A DNA stretch of 64,000 nucleotides from Cenococcum geophilum. Its lineage: Eukaryota. The first letter of the stretch is position 1. Every line of letters begins with the position of its first letter. This document shows, in pieces, positions 13,051-26,360 of the stretch. The notes beneath the pieces were generated by a model. It was given only the letters and a program-made list of their open reading frames with translations. It made no database searches and was not told the DNA's origin. A program made the translations under genes and the position numbers. The stretch spans positions 28,892,001 through 28,956,000 of the forward strand of contig CP158635.1 in NCBI GenBank assembly GCA_050273025.1, written 5' to 3'.

Positions 13051-13144
13051 CGGATACAGCAAGAGCTCCTAGTAAAAGAATTGTGGAAATTTATTATTAT
13101 TATATACTTTATAAGCAAGTCGCTTACCTTATTTCTTACTAAAA

Positions 13145-13423
13145 CTATAAAGTAATATCTTAATAACGGCTTAATAATAAATTCTAAAAATTTATAATAA
13201 AGTTTTTATATACTATTATATTACCCTATAGGAATCTAGGAGTAAAATATATAGTAGTTATTAAGATTAAGTTATTTAGCCTAAATTTATAAGATATAAT
13301 ATCTTTAAAACTAAAATATATATTACTTTTAGATTTCTATAAAGTAATATAGTAGTATATAAAAGCCTAATTATAAATTTTTAGAATTTATTATTAAGCC
13401 ATTATTAAGATATTACTTTATAG
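13145..13423. mobile_element. MITE-like foldback element
   Basis: About 105-bp inverted repeats (13145-13250 vs 13316-13423) around a short spacer. The arms differ mostly by transitions. No clear TSD. Confidence 0.7.
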
Positions 13424-16400
13424 AATTATATTAGGAGGTTATTAAGTTATAAATAATATAAAAAGTAGAAAACCCTATTTAAGAAATAATACTATATAAA
13501 AGGTAGCTTAAATTTCTATTTATTTGAATATTTTAGTATAATTATAAGATTCTCTAGGCTTTAGCGATTCTAATAAATCTAGTATAGCCTTAATTAGAGC
13601 TATATTAGTAGAGATAAAAATAATTAAAATTCTATGCAAACAATTATTATATAAGGGTAATTGTTATACGTTTAGACCTAGTATAAGTTCTTCTTCCAAA
13701 TAAGAAGTAGGGGTAGTTTTAGCAGGAATTCAAGAAGAATAAAACTAAGAAATACTGGCTATATAGTAATCCTAAGAATCCTAAGGATTATAGTATATAA
13801 GGCCTTATAGAGGACCTCTAACTAGAAAAATATAAAGGTAAGTATATAATCGCGGCCGTTTATTACGGCTTGTATAAATGCTTCTAAACTAAAGCTTATA
13901 GAATGCTATATTACGAAGATACTAAGCTAATAAGAAGGAAAAGGGGTCGCTAGGACCGATGTAAACAAATATATAGGGTGAGCCGCTAAGACGCTAGCTT
14001 TGGGCGGGCTAATTATAGGTCAGCAGAATATAGCAGAATTTAGTAGGTAACGTGCGATAGCGCCGTTACATTACCCCCCTCTTTAAAAGAAAGCCTACCT
14101 TTAGGCTTAGTTGGAAATGGGGTAGTACTAGGCTTATAAACATAGGATTATAAAATATAAGATAAAGAGATAAAGGGGATATAAGTACGTCCAGACTAAG
14201 TATAACGGGCAATTATAGGCTAATTAGAAGTACTAGGCCAAAAAGAGTAGCCGCTAAAAGTCTTGGCACGGATCTAACTAATTAAACAACTTTAACCGGC
14301 GGTCAAAGTTCCTAAATATTTAAAATTTTACGGTACTAGCAGAAAAACAGCAGAATAAGGTAGAATTTAGCAGACAGTTGTATTAGGCTTTAGGGCGTTT
14401 TTATCCCTACATTCTTCCGGTAACTTATTATCTTTATTATACTAGCATTCTATTTATTTATCTAGGTACTTTAGGGGTTTAGGCGTATTAGGGTATTAAT
14501 TATAAAATTCTTTAAGCTTCTAGGGGCAGCCTATAAAGTTCTATATAGGGTACTAGGTTAGGTTAGAATTGTAGCCCTTTTATTAAATACGGTATTTTAG
14601 TATTCCCCGTACTATCTTATAGGCCAGTATTCTATTAACCTCCCATTTATTATTACCGTTTACTTAAACTAGTAGGGGAGGCTCGTTCTTTTATCCGGGC
14701 AATAGGTTGTTTATAACTTTCTATAATTTATTTAGTAAGAAAATAGGGTAAACCCTAATTAAATCTGGGAGCTTTATTTTATATAAGTTGCCTATCTTTT
14801 TAAGAACCTTATACAGTCCTACTATCTAGTAGTCTAGCTTACGGCTAGGTTATTTAGTTTTCCAATTTCTTATTATAACCTAGACTATATTGCCAGGGGC
14901 AAAATCGGGCTCTTAATAGTGTTTATTCGCCTACTGTTCTATTAACCTTTAAGCTTTTTCTAGGTTCTTACGGGCTACCATTTAGGCCTCCTCTAATTAT
15001 TTAGCGTACTATTAGGCCTTAGTATAGGATAGCTTCTCTTATATAGTTTAGGGTTCTTCTAGCCTTTTTTAGTTAAAGCTTATATAGGGTAAGTATTTCA
15101 TTTCTAGCTAAATTAGGGCAAACCCTATAGAGTTATAGGGTAGGGTTGCTTGCGCGTAGTTTATTAAGGGTAGTAGTTTAGACTAGTTATCCTAAAAATA
15201 GTTAATAAAGGGCCTAAGCCTCTAGTCTAGGCACTAATTTATAATCTCTATCTAACCGTCTATCTAGGGGTAATAAGCCGTAAAAAGCTTTAGCTTAATG
15301 CCTAAAATCTAGGTAAACTTATTCTAGAAGGCCGATATAAACTATAGCCTATAATCAGATATAATAGTATCTAGTAGTTTTATAGATTTAATAAATTTAA
15401 TAAATATATAGCCGGGCTACCTTTTTAGCATTAATGTTTTTATAATAGGGAATTAAGAACAGGCGTTTACTAAAGCGGTTAACTATAACTATAACTATAT
15501 TATATCCGTTATAGTCCCTAGGTAGTTTATAAAAGTTTATAAAAATATACTACTAAGGGCGCTTTAGTATTAGGAGTGGCTTAAGTAGTCCTAGGGTTTT
15601 ATCCCGTGGGATTATAACTCTCTAGTAGTCTTCGTAGTTCTATATATATTAATTAATATTTATAACTATTTTTAGCTAGTAATAGCGGTAGTTAATAATT
15701 TTACGGGTCTTATTCTTACTAGGGTATACTATAGAGACTTAGTAATAAGCTTCGCGGATTAGTTTAGTCTATAGATTATTAATATTAGGGACTATAAGCC
15801 GCTCCTAGTATAGGAGCAATCCTTCCTCCGTCTTAAAATCGGGGTCTCCTTTTATAGCTTATTTTCGAAGGGCCCTTAAGGTATTAGCCGTGCGTTTTAT
15901 AGTTAGGAGGCGGTTAATTAGCCTTATTAGCTTATTTAAGGACTCCTCTATTAGTACTAACTTATTTTACTAGGAGTCTAGCTCCTTAAGGATCTATAGG
16001 TTAAGCTATTCTAGATAGAAAAGGGCGCGCGTCTAATATTGGGTCTTTAGCTTATCCTAGGGTCCTATATCTTATTCTCTTTGGGTTAAGGTATTAGCCT
16101 TAAAGTTTTACTTACTAGAACGGTATATAATCGTAAAGAAGAATTAGAAGAGTATTTTAGCCTACTAAGCTTATTATTTAGTAAGCTGCTTTATAGTTAT
16201 AAGGTACTCTAGGGCTTTATAATCTATATATATCTTAATCTAGGAGTTCGTACTTTTAAGCTTTATACACTATTAAAAGAGTAATTAAATAATAGCTAGT
16301 ATTTCTTTATTGTATACTTTATAGTTATACTTAACTAGGTCTATTATCTTTAAGAAAAAAGCTATAAAGTACTATTTACTATTTAGATATAACTATAATA

Positions 16401-19009
16401 GGATTCCCGCTATAACCCTATTAGAGGCGTCCGTTTCTAGCATTAATTTAAGGTCTAGGTTATAGTAATAAAGGATTAGGGAAGAGATAAGCCGATTCTT
16501 TATCTCTTTAAAGGCTTTTATATAGCTATTATTAAAGATAAAAGGTATATCCTTCCTGGTTAGTTATATAAGAGGTTTTACTATAATTCCGTAGTTATAG
16601 ATAAACTAGTAGTAGAAGTTATAAAAGCTAAGGAAGAATTAGATTCCTTTTACTATATAAGGGGGCTTTTAGTTATAAATTACCTCTACCTTCTTAGGGT
16701 TAACCTTAATTCCTTCTATAGTTATAATAAACCTAAGGTGTTTTATACGTTTTACCCTAAACTTATATTTCTTAATATTAACTTATAAGCCCGCGTTCTA
16801 TAGTCTCTTTAGGACCTTTTTAATATAAACTTAATACTTAAGTTCGTTGTTTAAGTATATAAGAATGTTATCTAGGTATACTGTGTAGAATTCGTTAAGG
16901 TAATTAAAAAGAATATTATTTATATACCTTTAGTACGTAGCCAGTCCGTTTATTAGTCTAAAAGGAAGAACTTTATATTTATAGGAACTATAACAGCTAC
17001 GGAATATTATTAAAATTTTAGATATAGGGTCTATCCTAATTTAGTAGAAAGCTTAGCGGATATTAAGTTTAGTAAACATCTTTGCCCAGCTTAGGCGTGT
17101 AAGGGTCTTATTAATTAAAGAAATAAGATACCGGTCCTTTTAAGTAATAGCGTTTAGCTTTTAATAGTCGATATAAAAATAAAGGCCTTTATTAGGCTTT
17201 TTATAAATAGGATAGGGGAAGTAAAAGGGGCTTAACTTAGCTTAATAAACCCTTTATCTAGGTTATTAATTAAGTACTACTTTATTACTTTTAGCTTATC
17301 TATTAATTAATAGTAAAGGGGGCTATAGCCTAGCGAGTTATTGGCTTTTAATTAAATTTTATAATTATACATTTGGTAGGGGAGTAACTTATTTAAGGCC
17401 GCCTTTAAAAATGCATCCTTATAGTCTATATAAATAGTAAAAAAGAGGTGTTTAACTAGTTTCTTATTAGTTTCCTTAACTAGCCTTTCCTCTTTATTAT
17501 TAATAATTTAGTTAATTTTATATAGGCTTATTATAAAGACTTTATTATCCTTTTAGTACATATTAAAGTAGAACGCTATAGCGCTAATTACGGCGATATC
17601 TATAGTAGGGGGGTTGCCTAATAATAGGGGCGTATATAACTTTAGGGACTTCTAGGGTACTAGCGTTATTATTACTCCTTTTAGCTCCTATTGTATCTTT
17701 TAAAGGTTATCCCTTATATTCTATTAATACGTTCTTTTTTATACCGGTTAAATTTATGCAATTTAGACGTTATCTATATTACTATCTATCCCGCTTCTAT
17801 ATATAAAGTCCTCTTTAAATATAGCGCTTTAGGAGAGTATCTTTATTAGTATAGAGTTCTTTCTAGCTTTATAGCGGGCGTCTTTTTAGGTAAAGGCTAG
17901 GTCATAGGCCCAGATATCTTACTAGTAGGTAGGGTTAGCCCTTACGGCTAGTGTCTTATAGTTAGTTTAAATTTCCCTAATAAAGGAGGGTAACCTTAAT
18001 CTATTCTCCGGCTAGACAAACCGTCTTTATTATATATTTAACTAAATATTAAAATAGGACATCTATTTTTATTTAAGGATTATATTATAGGACCCTAGGT
18101 CTAGGATATAAAAGGGGATACTATATTAGTGTTATCTATTAAGAGCAATATATAACTTTAAAATATAAGTAATAGGCTAACCGGCTTAGCCGTTATAGCC
18201 TTTTACCTAAATAGGCTTCTCTAGTTAGGTGGCTTCTATATTTAGAAACTTAGCAATATTATTTATATAGGCAGTATTTATAAAGGCGAAGCTATTTACT
18301 CTAGTATTAATAAGAGTAGTTATATTAACTCTATATCTATTTTAAGATACTATATATAGAACTATAAAATACTTTCTACCTATTAACTAACTAAGATTAA
18401 TAGGGTACTCTAGGGGGGAGTCTTTCCCTAGGGTTCCTCTTTTCCCAACTTATTAAACGTTTCTCCTTCCTCTATCTCCTTAATATCGCCTATATCCTTT
18501 AGCTCTAGGCAGGATAAGGTAAAGTAACCCTATTTATTATAGTTATAGCACGTAGCTAAGGCAGGGTTAATTAAAGTATTACGGTAAATACTAGTTAATG
18601 GTATAGTACGTAACTAGTTAGGCGAGGCTTACTAATATATAGTTATAACCGCCTTTAGTATAAGAGTAGTTATAACTTATCTTTCTACTTTAGCTTTTAT
18701 AGGCATAGCTAGTAAGTTCTAATTATTATAAAGTCGCTTCTGCTAATTAGGGTAGGCGTTAATCTACTTTAGTTCTAAGTCTAAAAATAGGTAATAAGCT
18801 ATAAGTTTTTTGTGGGTTAGTAGGTTATTTAAGGTTATAGTAATCTTTTCTTATAGCTGGATTATTAGCTTATTATATAGGTCTAATTAGTAGTTCTTAA
18901 GGGGAACCTAGCCTTCTCCTACAAGGTATAAGAATTAAATTTAAAATTTGGCAACATCGGGAAAATATTCGCAGGATGAGATTCAAGTTGACTTTGGTGT
19001 TCGCGTTTC

Positions 19010-19260
19010 GCGTAATTGACATGCAATTTAACTAACTCGACACGCAATTAACCAACTTAACACGCAATTGACCAACTTAACACGTAATTTAACTAACTCA
19101 ACACGCAGTTAACCTACTTAATATGCAATTTAACTAACTTAATACGCAGTTAACCTACTTAATATGTAATTTAACTAACTTAACACACAGTTAACCTACT
19201 TAACATATTTAAAAGTTAAATAACACGCAGTTAACCTACTTAACAACTTTAAAAGCTAAC
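19010..19260. repeat. 20/21-bp tandem repeat (ACACGCAATTGACCAACTTA-like)
   Basis: About a dozen degenerate units visible. Confidence 0.85.
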
Positions 19261-19339
19261 TGTATATTCCTTAACATGCAATTAAGGTAAAGTTATATGC
19301 TAATTACGCAAATGAATTTTTACACAGTTTTATTACTTA

Positions 19340-19733
19340 GAGGCTCTGCACGAAGCTCTGCACGAAGCTCTGCACGAAGCTCTGCACGAAGCTCTGCACG
19401 AAGCTCTGCACGAAGCTCTGCACGAAGCTCTGCACGAAGCTCTGCACGAAGCTCTGCACGAAGCTCTACGAAGCTCTGCACGAAGCTCTGCACGAAGCTC
19501 TGCACGAAGCTCTGCACGAAGTTCTGCACGAAGCTCTACACGAAGCTTTGCATAAGGCTCTACACGAGGCTCTACACGAAGCTCTGCGTACAGAGGCTCT
19601 GCCCGAAGCTCTACGTACAGAGGCTCTGCGCGAAGCTCTGCGTACGGAGGCTCTGCACGAGGCTCTGCACGAAGCTCTGCACGAGGCTCTGCGCGAAGCT
19701 CTGCGTACAGAGGCTCTACACGAAGCTCTGCAT
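19340..19733. repeat. 12-bp tandem repeat (GAAGCTCTGCAC)n with 14-bp variants
   Basis: Nearly perfect units at 19340-19530, more degenerate afterwards. Confidence 0.97.
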
Positions 19734-19849
19734 CGGGTCCCCGCTATATTCCCGATAGCCTCTCCTATGTAGCCACCTTATTTTTTTTATCCATCCATCC
19801 TTCCTTACATCCTCCCTACCTAGGGAGGCACCAGAACGGCAGCCAGCAG

Positions 19850-20195
19850 AGGACCGTCGCCAGAACTAGACGACCGTTACCAGAACCAGACGACCGTCGC
19901 CGTCGCCAGAACTAGAACACCGTTACCAGAACCAGACGACCGTCGCCAGAACGAGACGACCGTCGCCAGAACCAGACGACCATCGCTAGAACTAGACGAC
20001 CGTTACCAGAACTAGACGACCGTCGCCGTCACCAGACGACCGTTACCAGAACCACACGACCGTCGCCAGACGACCGTCGCCAGAGCTAGACGACCGTCGC
20101 CAGAACCAGACGATCGTCGCTAGAACCAGACGACCGTTACCAGAACTAGACGACCGTCGCCAGAACCAGACGACCGTCGCCAGAGCCAGACGACA
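19850..20195. repeat. 20-bp tandem repeat (CCAGAACCAGACGACCGTCG)n
   Basis: Direct tandem units with small indels. Confidence 0.95.
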
Positions 20196-20249
20196 ACGAC
20201 TAGCTAGCGAACACTATAAACGATTCAATCGATCGATCGAATCAAGGCA

Positions 20250-20660
20250 GCACAGATAGGTAGGCATAAACAGGGAGATGCTAACGGGTAGGCAGATGCT
20301 GACAGGTAGGCAGATGCAGACTAGTAATCAGATGCAGACAGGCAAGCAGATGCAGACAGGTAAGTAAATGCTAACGGGTAGGCAGATATAGATAGGTAGG
20401 CAGATGCAAATAGGTAGGCAATGCAGATAGGTAGGCGATGCAGACAGGTAGGCAATACAGATAGGTAGGCGATGTAGATAGGTAGGCAATGTAAATAGAT
20501 AGGCGATGTAGATAGGTAGGCGATGCAAACAGGTAGGCGATGTAGACAGGTAGGCAATGTAGATAGGTAGGCGATGCAGATAGGTAGGCAATGTAAACAG
20601 GTAGGCGATGTAGGTAGGTAGGTAGATAGGTAGGTAGGTAAGTTAATAGGTAGATAGGTA
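20250..20660. repeat. 17/18-bp tandem repeat (AGGTAGGCGATGCAGAC-like) grading into (AGGT)n
   Basis: Direct tandem units visible. Confidence 0.93.
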
Positions 20661-22904
20661 GAAGAGAACCATTGCTATATTATATTAAATTATCTAAAAT
20701 AATATTTATTTTGCTAGCCTTATAAATAGCCTTAAAGTAGCTTTTATTTATTTAAAATATGCTATTAGTATAAAAGAGGTAAATATAATTATGGTTACCA
20801 AATGCGCAGATTGCTGGCAGGTTTCGCGTAGGTTACGCGTAGGTTACGCGCAGACTGCGCGCAGGTTGCGTGTCAAAAAAACACGACATAGGCTAGTCGG
20901 TCGAGTTGCTAAATGCCCTCAACTACGCGCCAATTGCGTCAACCACCAACCATTGAGGCCATTGGTAGGGTACCATATTTTGCCGATAAAAGGGTTAGTT
21001 TAGTTTTATTATTAGGCAATTATAGTTATAACGGGCATCCTATACTTTGTTCGGGTTAATATAAATAGCCACTAGGTGCTATATTATCTTATTAATAGAT
21101 ATAAATTACATAGAAGAGTTGTCCTTAAACTTAGCTTAAAGGTGCCATTAGGCGTCCCTAGTAGTTTAACTAAAGAGGTAGAGCATTTTAGCTTCTTTAA
21201 AAAGGAAATAGTTATAGTTAACGCGGAGCTTTCCTTATACTTAAATCCTCTAATTCTTAAAGGTAGGGTCTATCTTATTAGATAGTAGTAGGGGGTTAAG
21301 GAGCTTAATAGACTTTAATTACTTTATTATTATATCCGTACTCCCTAGTATATTATATTTAATAGAGTAAATAGGTCGGCTAGGGCTTTAAGAAAGAAAA
21401 GCTAGGCTATTTTATAGGGCCGTAAGGCTTTCTAGGATCTTTTATAGGGTCTCTTATATATTTCTTACTTTAAGACAATTAGCTTCCTAGCTAGCTGTAA
21501 GGGCACAAATCTGCTTACGTATATCTATAATATCTTCATTATCTTCAATTTCTAATCCTAATTAAATCTCGGGTTCCTCTTAGGTAGAGGCAGCTCTCTT
21601 AAATAAGCTTGCTTTAGGTGCCATCGTTAGCTTTATAAGGTTTATTAGTATTATATACTTTAGTTTTAATTCTGGGGGTATAGGTTTAGTCCTATTTAGC
21701 TTATAAGGTAAGATATTATCTAGGCCTTCCTAGGTAATATAGGGTTGTTTTGGCGTCTAAGTATAGCGTATTAATGCGTCGTTGCAGACAAAGTTTCTTT
21801 AGGGTAGGATATTATTAAGGCCTTCCCAGGTAAGGTAGGGTGAGCTTAGTATAATGTTACGGCTTATATAAATGCTTTTAAACCAAAGCTTATAGAATAC
21901 TGTATTACAAAGATATTAAGCTAAAGAGAAGGAAAAGGGGTTACTAGGACCGATATAAACAAATATATAGGGTAAGCCGCTAAGGCGCTAGCTTTAGGCG
22001 GGCCAATTGCAAGTCGGTAGAATATAGCAGAATTTGGCAGGTAATGTGCGATAGCGCCGTTACACCGTTTAGAAGTCACCTCCTACTTAGTATACACCTA
22101 GTAAACCCTTTAGCGGGCTCTATATACATAAGCAAATTAAATCTACGCCTTTTGGCAAAGCTAACGCGTACTAAGCCTATATTAAATCTAAGCTTAAACC
22201 TACGCCAAATCCTCTAGCTTACTAGAATTTACTATATTTTTTATAGCCAGAGCTTACCCAATTTGCCCTTAATATATTAGCTATACTACTTATAAGCGCC
22301 AAGTGCGAACAAGTATTTAGCTCCGCTAAACACCTTATTACTAACTCCTATAGTCGCCTTAAAGCTAATATTATTAAAATAAATAAGCGCTTAAAGTCCT
22401 AGTATAGGCGCCCTAAGGCCAAGGCCTTTAAGCGAGGTGTTAATCCTAACGTTAATAATTTGTATAAGGAAGAAGCTGCCGCTAAAGTTAAAGCCAAAGC
22501 TACTACTAAAGCTGCTACTAAGAAGGATTCCAATACTTAGACAATATAGATTAAAATACTAGCAAGTAAAAGGGTAAGTAGGTAAAGGAGGCAGAGGAGG
22601 AAGCTAAGGACGATTCTATTAAATACATTATTATAAATAATACTAAGTACACTAAACCTACGGAGGATAGGCCGGATAGGCCTCTTAGATAATAGACCTA
22701 TTAGCTAATAGTATCTAGAGACTATCTGGATAGTCTCTGGATAGTCTTAGCAAAACCCCCTAATATACTTATACTTGCAATATACCCCCCAATATTAAAT
22801 AAATAATTTTTTCATTAGTATAGATTTATAGAGCTTATAAAACGCTTTAAAATAGTACCACTTTTATCTAAATATCCTAAGAATAAGTAATATTATATGA
22901 ATAT

Positions 22905-23220
22905 AAGGCTTATAAGAGCTCTGCGGAATAAGGCTCCGTATAAAGCTCCGCACGAAGCTCCGCATAAAGCTTTATACAAAGCTCTATAGAGGCTCCACTT
23001 AAAGCTCTGCGGAGGCTCCGCTTAAAGCTCTATAGAGGCTCTGCTTAAAGCTCTACGGAGGCTCTATATAAAGCTTTGCACAAAGCTCTATACAAAGCTC
23101 TATATAAAGCTTTTATATAGAGCCTCTGTAGTAAAGCCGTTATATATAAAGCTGTTATACAGAGCCTCTATATATAGAGCTTTATATAGAGCTTTATACA
23201 GAGCTTTATACAGAGCCTTA
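22905..23220. repeat. Degenerate 12-bp (AAGCTCTGCACG-like) array in two opposed orientations
   Basis: aagctct/aggctct units run to ~23110, then reverse-complement agagctt/agagcct units run to 23220. Confidence 0.8.
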
Positions 23221-24089
23221 GTAAATACCTTTAGCTTTCCTATTAATTAGATATCTTCTTTCTACCTTTTTATTTATATTTCTCTTTATATAAAATACTA
23301 TAAAATAAAATAAAAATAGGAAAAAAGAGAGGAGACCTAGCAGTTTAAATTTAGTAACTTTTTTCTACTCTTTATTATCCCCTAGTTCCATAATCCAATT
23401 CTTACCCTCTAATGCTCCTACTACCGCCACTATAGGCTAAGAATTTATATCGTACGATGAATATTAAGCTCTATAATCCCGCCACTTATAATTTCTATAG
23501 CATCTACTACAGAACTCTAGGAGACTCTAACATTTAGTAAAGGGGCAAGGGCCTACTAGATAACGTAAAGTTGCTATATAAGCCTCGTAAGGCTAATATT
23601 AACTAGTTTTCTACCTTATATAAGTAATATAAGTTACTTATAGTTATATTTAGAGACCTACGGCTCTAAATTAGAATTGCATTTATATATAAGGGCCTCC
23701 CTATCCATACCTATTTCTCTAACATACCCCTAACCTAAGCCTCTATATTAATCGCTGGTAAAGCTTCTACTCTCTCCTACTTATCCTAAGAGTAGTTAGT
23801 TATATAAGTATATTATATAGAGAAGAGAGTTTACTTATAGTATAGCAATGTTGCCAGAGAATCTGTTATACAGTAAGACGAGAAGTATACTAGATAATTA
23901 TATTTCCCGATTCTTAATAAAGGATAATATTAGTGGGATTTAAACTTATAATCTATTAAGTTTAAAGTTAGTATATATTTACCTATGCTACTTACGCGCC
24001 TTTGGTGGTTACCTTTTACCTAAAATTATTTTATTTATATACCCCTTTACCCCCCTTTAGTATTATACAACACACCCCTTATATACTTT

Positions 24090-26360
24090 CCCTTATACGA
24101 CTATAAGAGAATACTTAAAATCTTATAAGCTGCCCAGTCCTTTGCGCATTTTAATACCTTAAGTATTTATAGAGTAGTACTTATACGATCCTATGGAACG
24201 CGACGTTAAGAACCTAAAAATACTCTCTCTAGCTTATCGCTTATTCTAGGTATTAAGAGAACTTTAATTATAAGCTATAAGAGTTATGGAAATCTTATAT
24301 ACTAAAGAGGCTAGTTATACTATTAAATAGCTATTATATGGCTATTAAGCGGAATTAGGTTCTTATTAATATAGTTATTAAACTTATCTAGACTCTGCGG
24401 ATAAGTATATTTTAAATAATACTAAAGACAAGCCTTATAGAAGGTAGAGAGGTTTTCTTTAGACTCTAAAGGCGACTTTTAAGTTTTCTTAGTTGCGTAC
24501 GACATAGTTAAACCTAAAAGTATTGCTTTCTCGCGAAATCTCTCCTAGAGCTTTTATACGCTAAAAAGCTTCTTTTCTCCTTTAATGGTAATATAATTGT
24601 TCCGATTTTTTAAGAAAGCCATATAATACTCTAGGTTAAGAACTTATACCGCTAAATAGCAGGGAGAATTATTTAGCTTCTTAATATACTTTATAAGCTT
24701 TTCCTTAGTATATTAGAGTTAAGGAGTTATAAACTTATCCTTAGCCTTAGTAGCTGTTACCTATAGGAAAGTTAGCTAAAGAAATATTAAGAGTATTGTA
24801 TAATATACTAATGCGGTCTATATTATATCCTTAAGAATATTAACTAATTCTAGAACCCTCTTTAGTGTTATATAATCTCCTTAAAGAAATAGAGTTGCTT
24901 TATAGAAAGACTAAAGGAAATTATAAATTATATAAAGATATATCCATTCACTTATTAAGAGGATATTATCTTTTAAGTTATCCTTATAGCGCTTTACGTA
25001 GAGTTAAAGCCTAGCCTTTACCTTATTCTTTAGAGCTATATATAGTATAAGAAACTAGCTATTCTATCTTATACAGTTATTAAGAGGAACTATTTTACTA
25101 GTATGTTTAGTAAACTATATTATACGGTTAGCTAAGCTGCGGATATAAATAATATAGTTATAAAGCTTTCCTATCAGCCCTATGATATTTTAAATATTTT
25201 AACCTTTTTTACACTTTTTGTCTAATGCTAGCTCTAATTCTTTATTCTTCTTCTTCTTCCTCCTTTTCTTCTTTATTCTGTTCCTTATCCTCTTTATTAT
25301 ATAAGTTTATAAGCTTCTTATCCTTTTTTAAACTAAATAGAAAGGCTTAAATAATAAGATTAATAACGTGCCCCTAACAGCGAATTCTTTAATATATTGC
25401 AATCCAGTTAATTTTATATTTAAGGCTAGGCTATTAGCTAATTGTATAATAAAGAACATTATTTAATCCGGTATTATCGCCAATAAGAGCTCCAATCTTT
25501 GTTTTAATACTATACTTAATAAGAACCGGATAAAGCGCCTTCTATTAATATATACTATTTTAACTAAATACTATATAAAGGGCAATTAAGGGGTTCTGGT
25601 ATTTATCCTGGATATTAATAAAGCTAGCATAGATTCTAAGAAAAAGGGAATAACTTAGAGAGGTTTAGATATCTATAGTAAGGTAAATATTTGTTTTTAT
25701 AGATTAAAGTACTTTTTGTATAATATCTTAACTCTTAGTAAAGTGTTTAAGAATCTAGGCTGTAATCGTTAAGTAGTATATAGGGATAATTAAGGGTGCT
25801 TCTTAATTTAATGCTTTTATAAAAGTATAAAACTCTAGCTATTCTATATATAAAAAGGGAAGCCGTTATATAATAATTAGATCTAGAAGTGCTTGCTTTA
25901 TAGTATTTTAATATACTATACGCTTTAGAACCTTATCCTTAAGACCTTAAGCTTCTCCTCTTACTAAAAGCTTTTAATATAGTTCTAAAAGAGATTTTTT
26001 TCCTCTAATCTTTTACTATTATACGCTCCTGGTTCTCTACTAGATTCTATTTAATAATATATTTTTTAAGATAGCCTTATAATCTAATAGTTAAGAAATA
26101 GTGTCCTTTTAGGTCTTAAGGAAGATAGTATTTACAAAAGTAGCGTTTCTTTATATAAGCCTTTTCTTCCTTTATTGCCGTACGAGTATGTTTATAAATT
26201 AAGGAGACTTATTTTAAGATCTGTGTTATATAAGTAGTTGGGATTAAACCAGTATTAGCTTTAGTCTTAATGCCGCTTAAAAGGGCAGGAAGTATATTAA
26301 CTTTAAAGGAATTATTATTATTAAAGTTTTTAGGGTGAATTTTACTAGTACTAGCTATAT
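24090..26360 (-). pseudogene. hAT transposase, RIPped
   Basis: I(H)LT.DI(W)TS(P) near 25680, RC.GHVINL near 25370, R(W)NS(W)F near 25060, VL(S)IP..SD(E)(P)ERVF(S)G near 24230. Confidence 0.88.

Larger units (their letters stand above)
18955..20988. mobile_element. Non-autonomous TIR element filled with tandem repeats
   Basis: Termini CATCGGGAAAATAT / ATATTTTGCCGAT(A). Removing it and one AA restores the Gypsy F gag frame (..(Q)PF-A-(E)F(Q)..FL(H)L.GEG(Q)VP). Confidence 0.8.
13861..22064 (-). mobile_element. Full-length Gypsy chromovirus F with a 2-kb insertion in gag
   Basis: 210-bp LTRs at 13861-14070 and 21855-22064, perfect CCGTT TSD, PPT next to 14071. Contains RT, RNaseH, integrase and a chromodomain (~14480-14650). 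Confidence 0.95.
13730..22640 (+). pseudogene. C-terminal fragment of a hAT transposase (13730-13860 joined to 22070-22640), split by Gypsy F
   Basis: The frame continues across the insertion: GL.EDL(W)LE.YKGKY, then PLAY(W)N...PEL..FAL(D).LA.(P)..SA(E)CE(R)VFSSAK.LIT(D).(R).RLKA(D)II(E)...LKS(W), the hAT dimerisation domain. Confidence 0.75.

Noticed and set aside
19297..19772. Track ORFs with SSAR, ELRA and EALH repeats
   Set aside because: They are translations of a stop-free 12-bp tandem repeat in several frames, with no sign of a real gene.
19010..20660. CRISPR-like appearance of the regular repeats
   Set aside because: The units are contiguous with no unique spacers, there are no cas genes, and the context is eukaryotic and RIPped.
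20321..21003. Track ORFs over the 17/18-mer and 11-mer repeats
   Set aside because: Repeat-derived frames inside a non-coding element.
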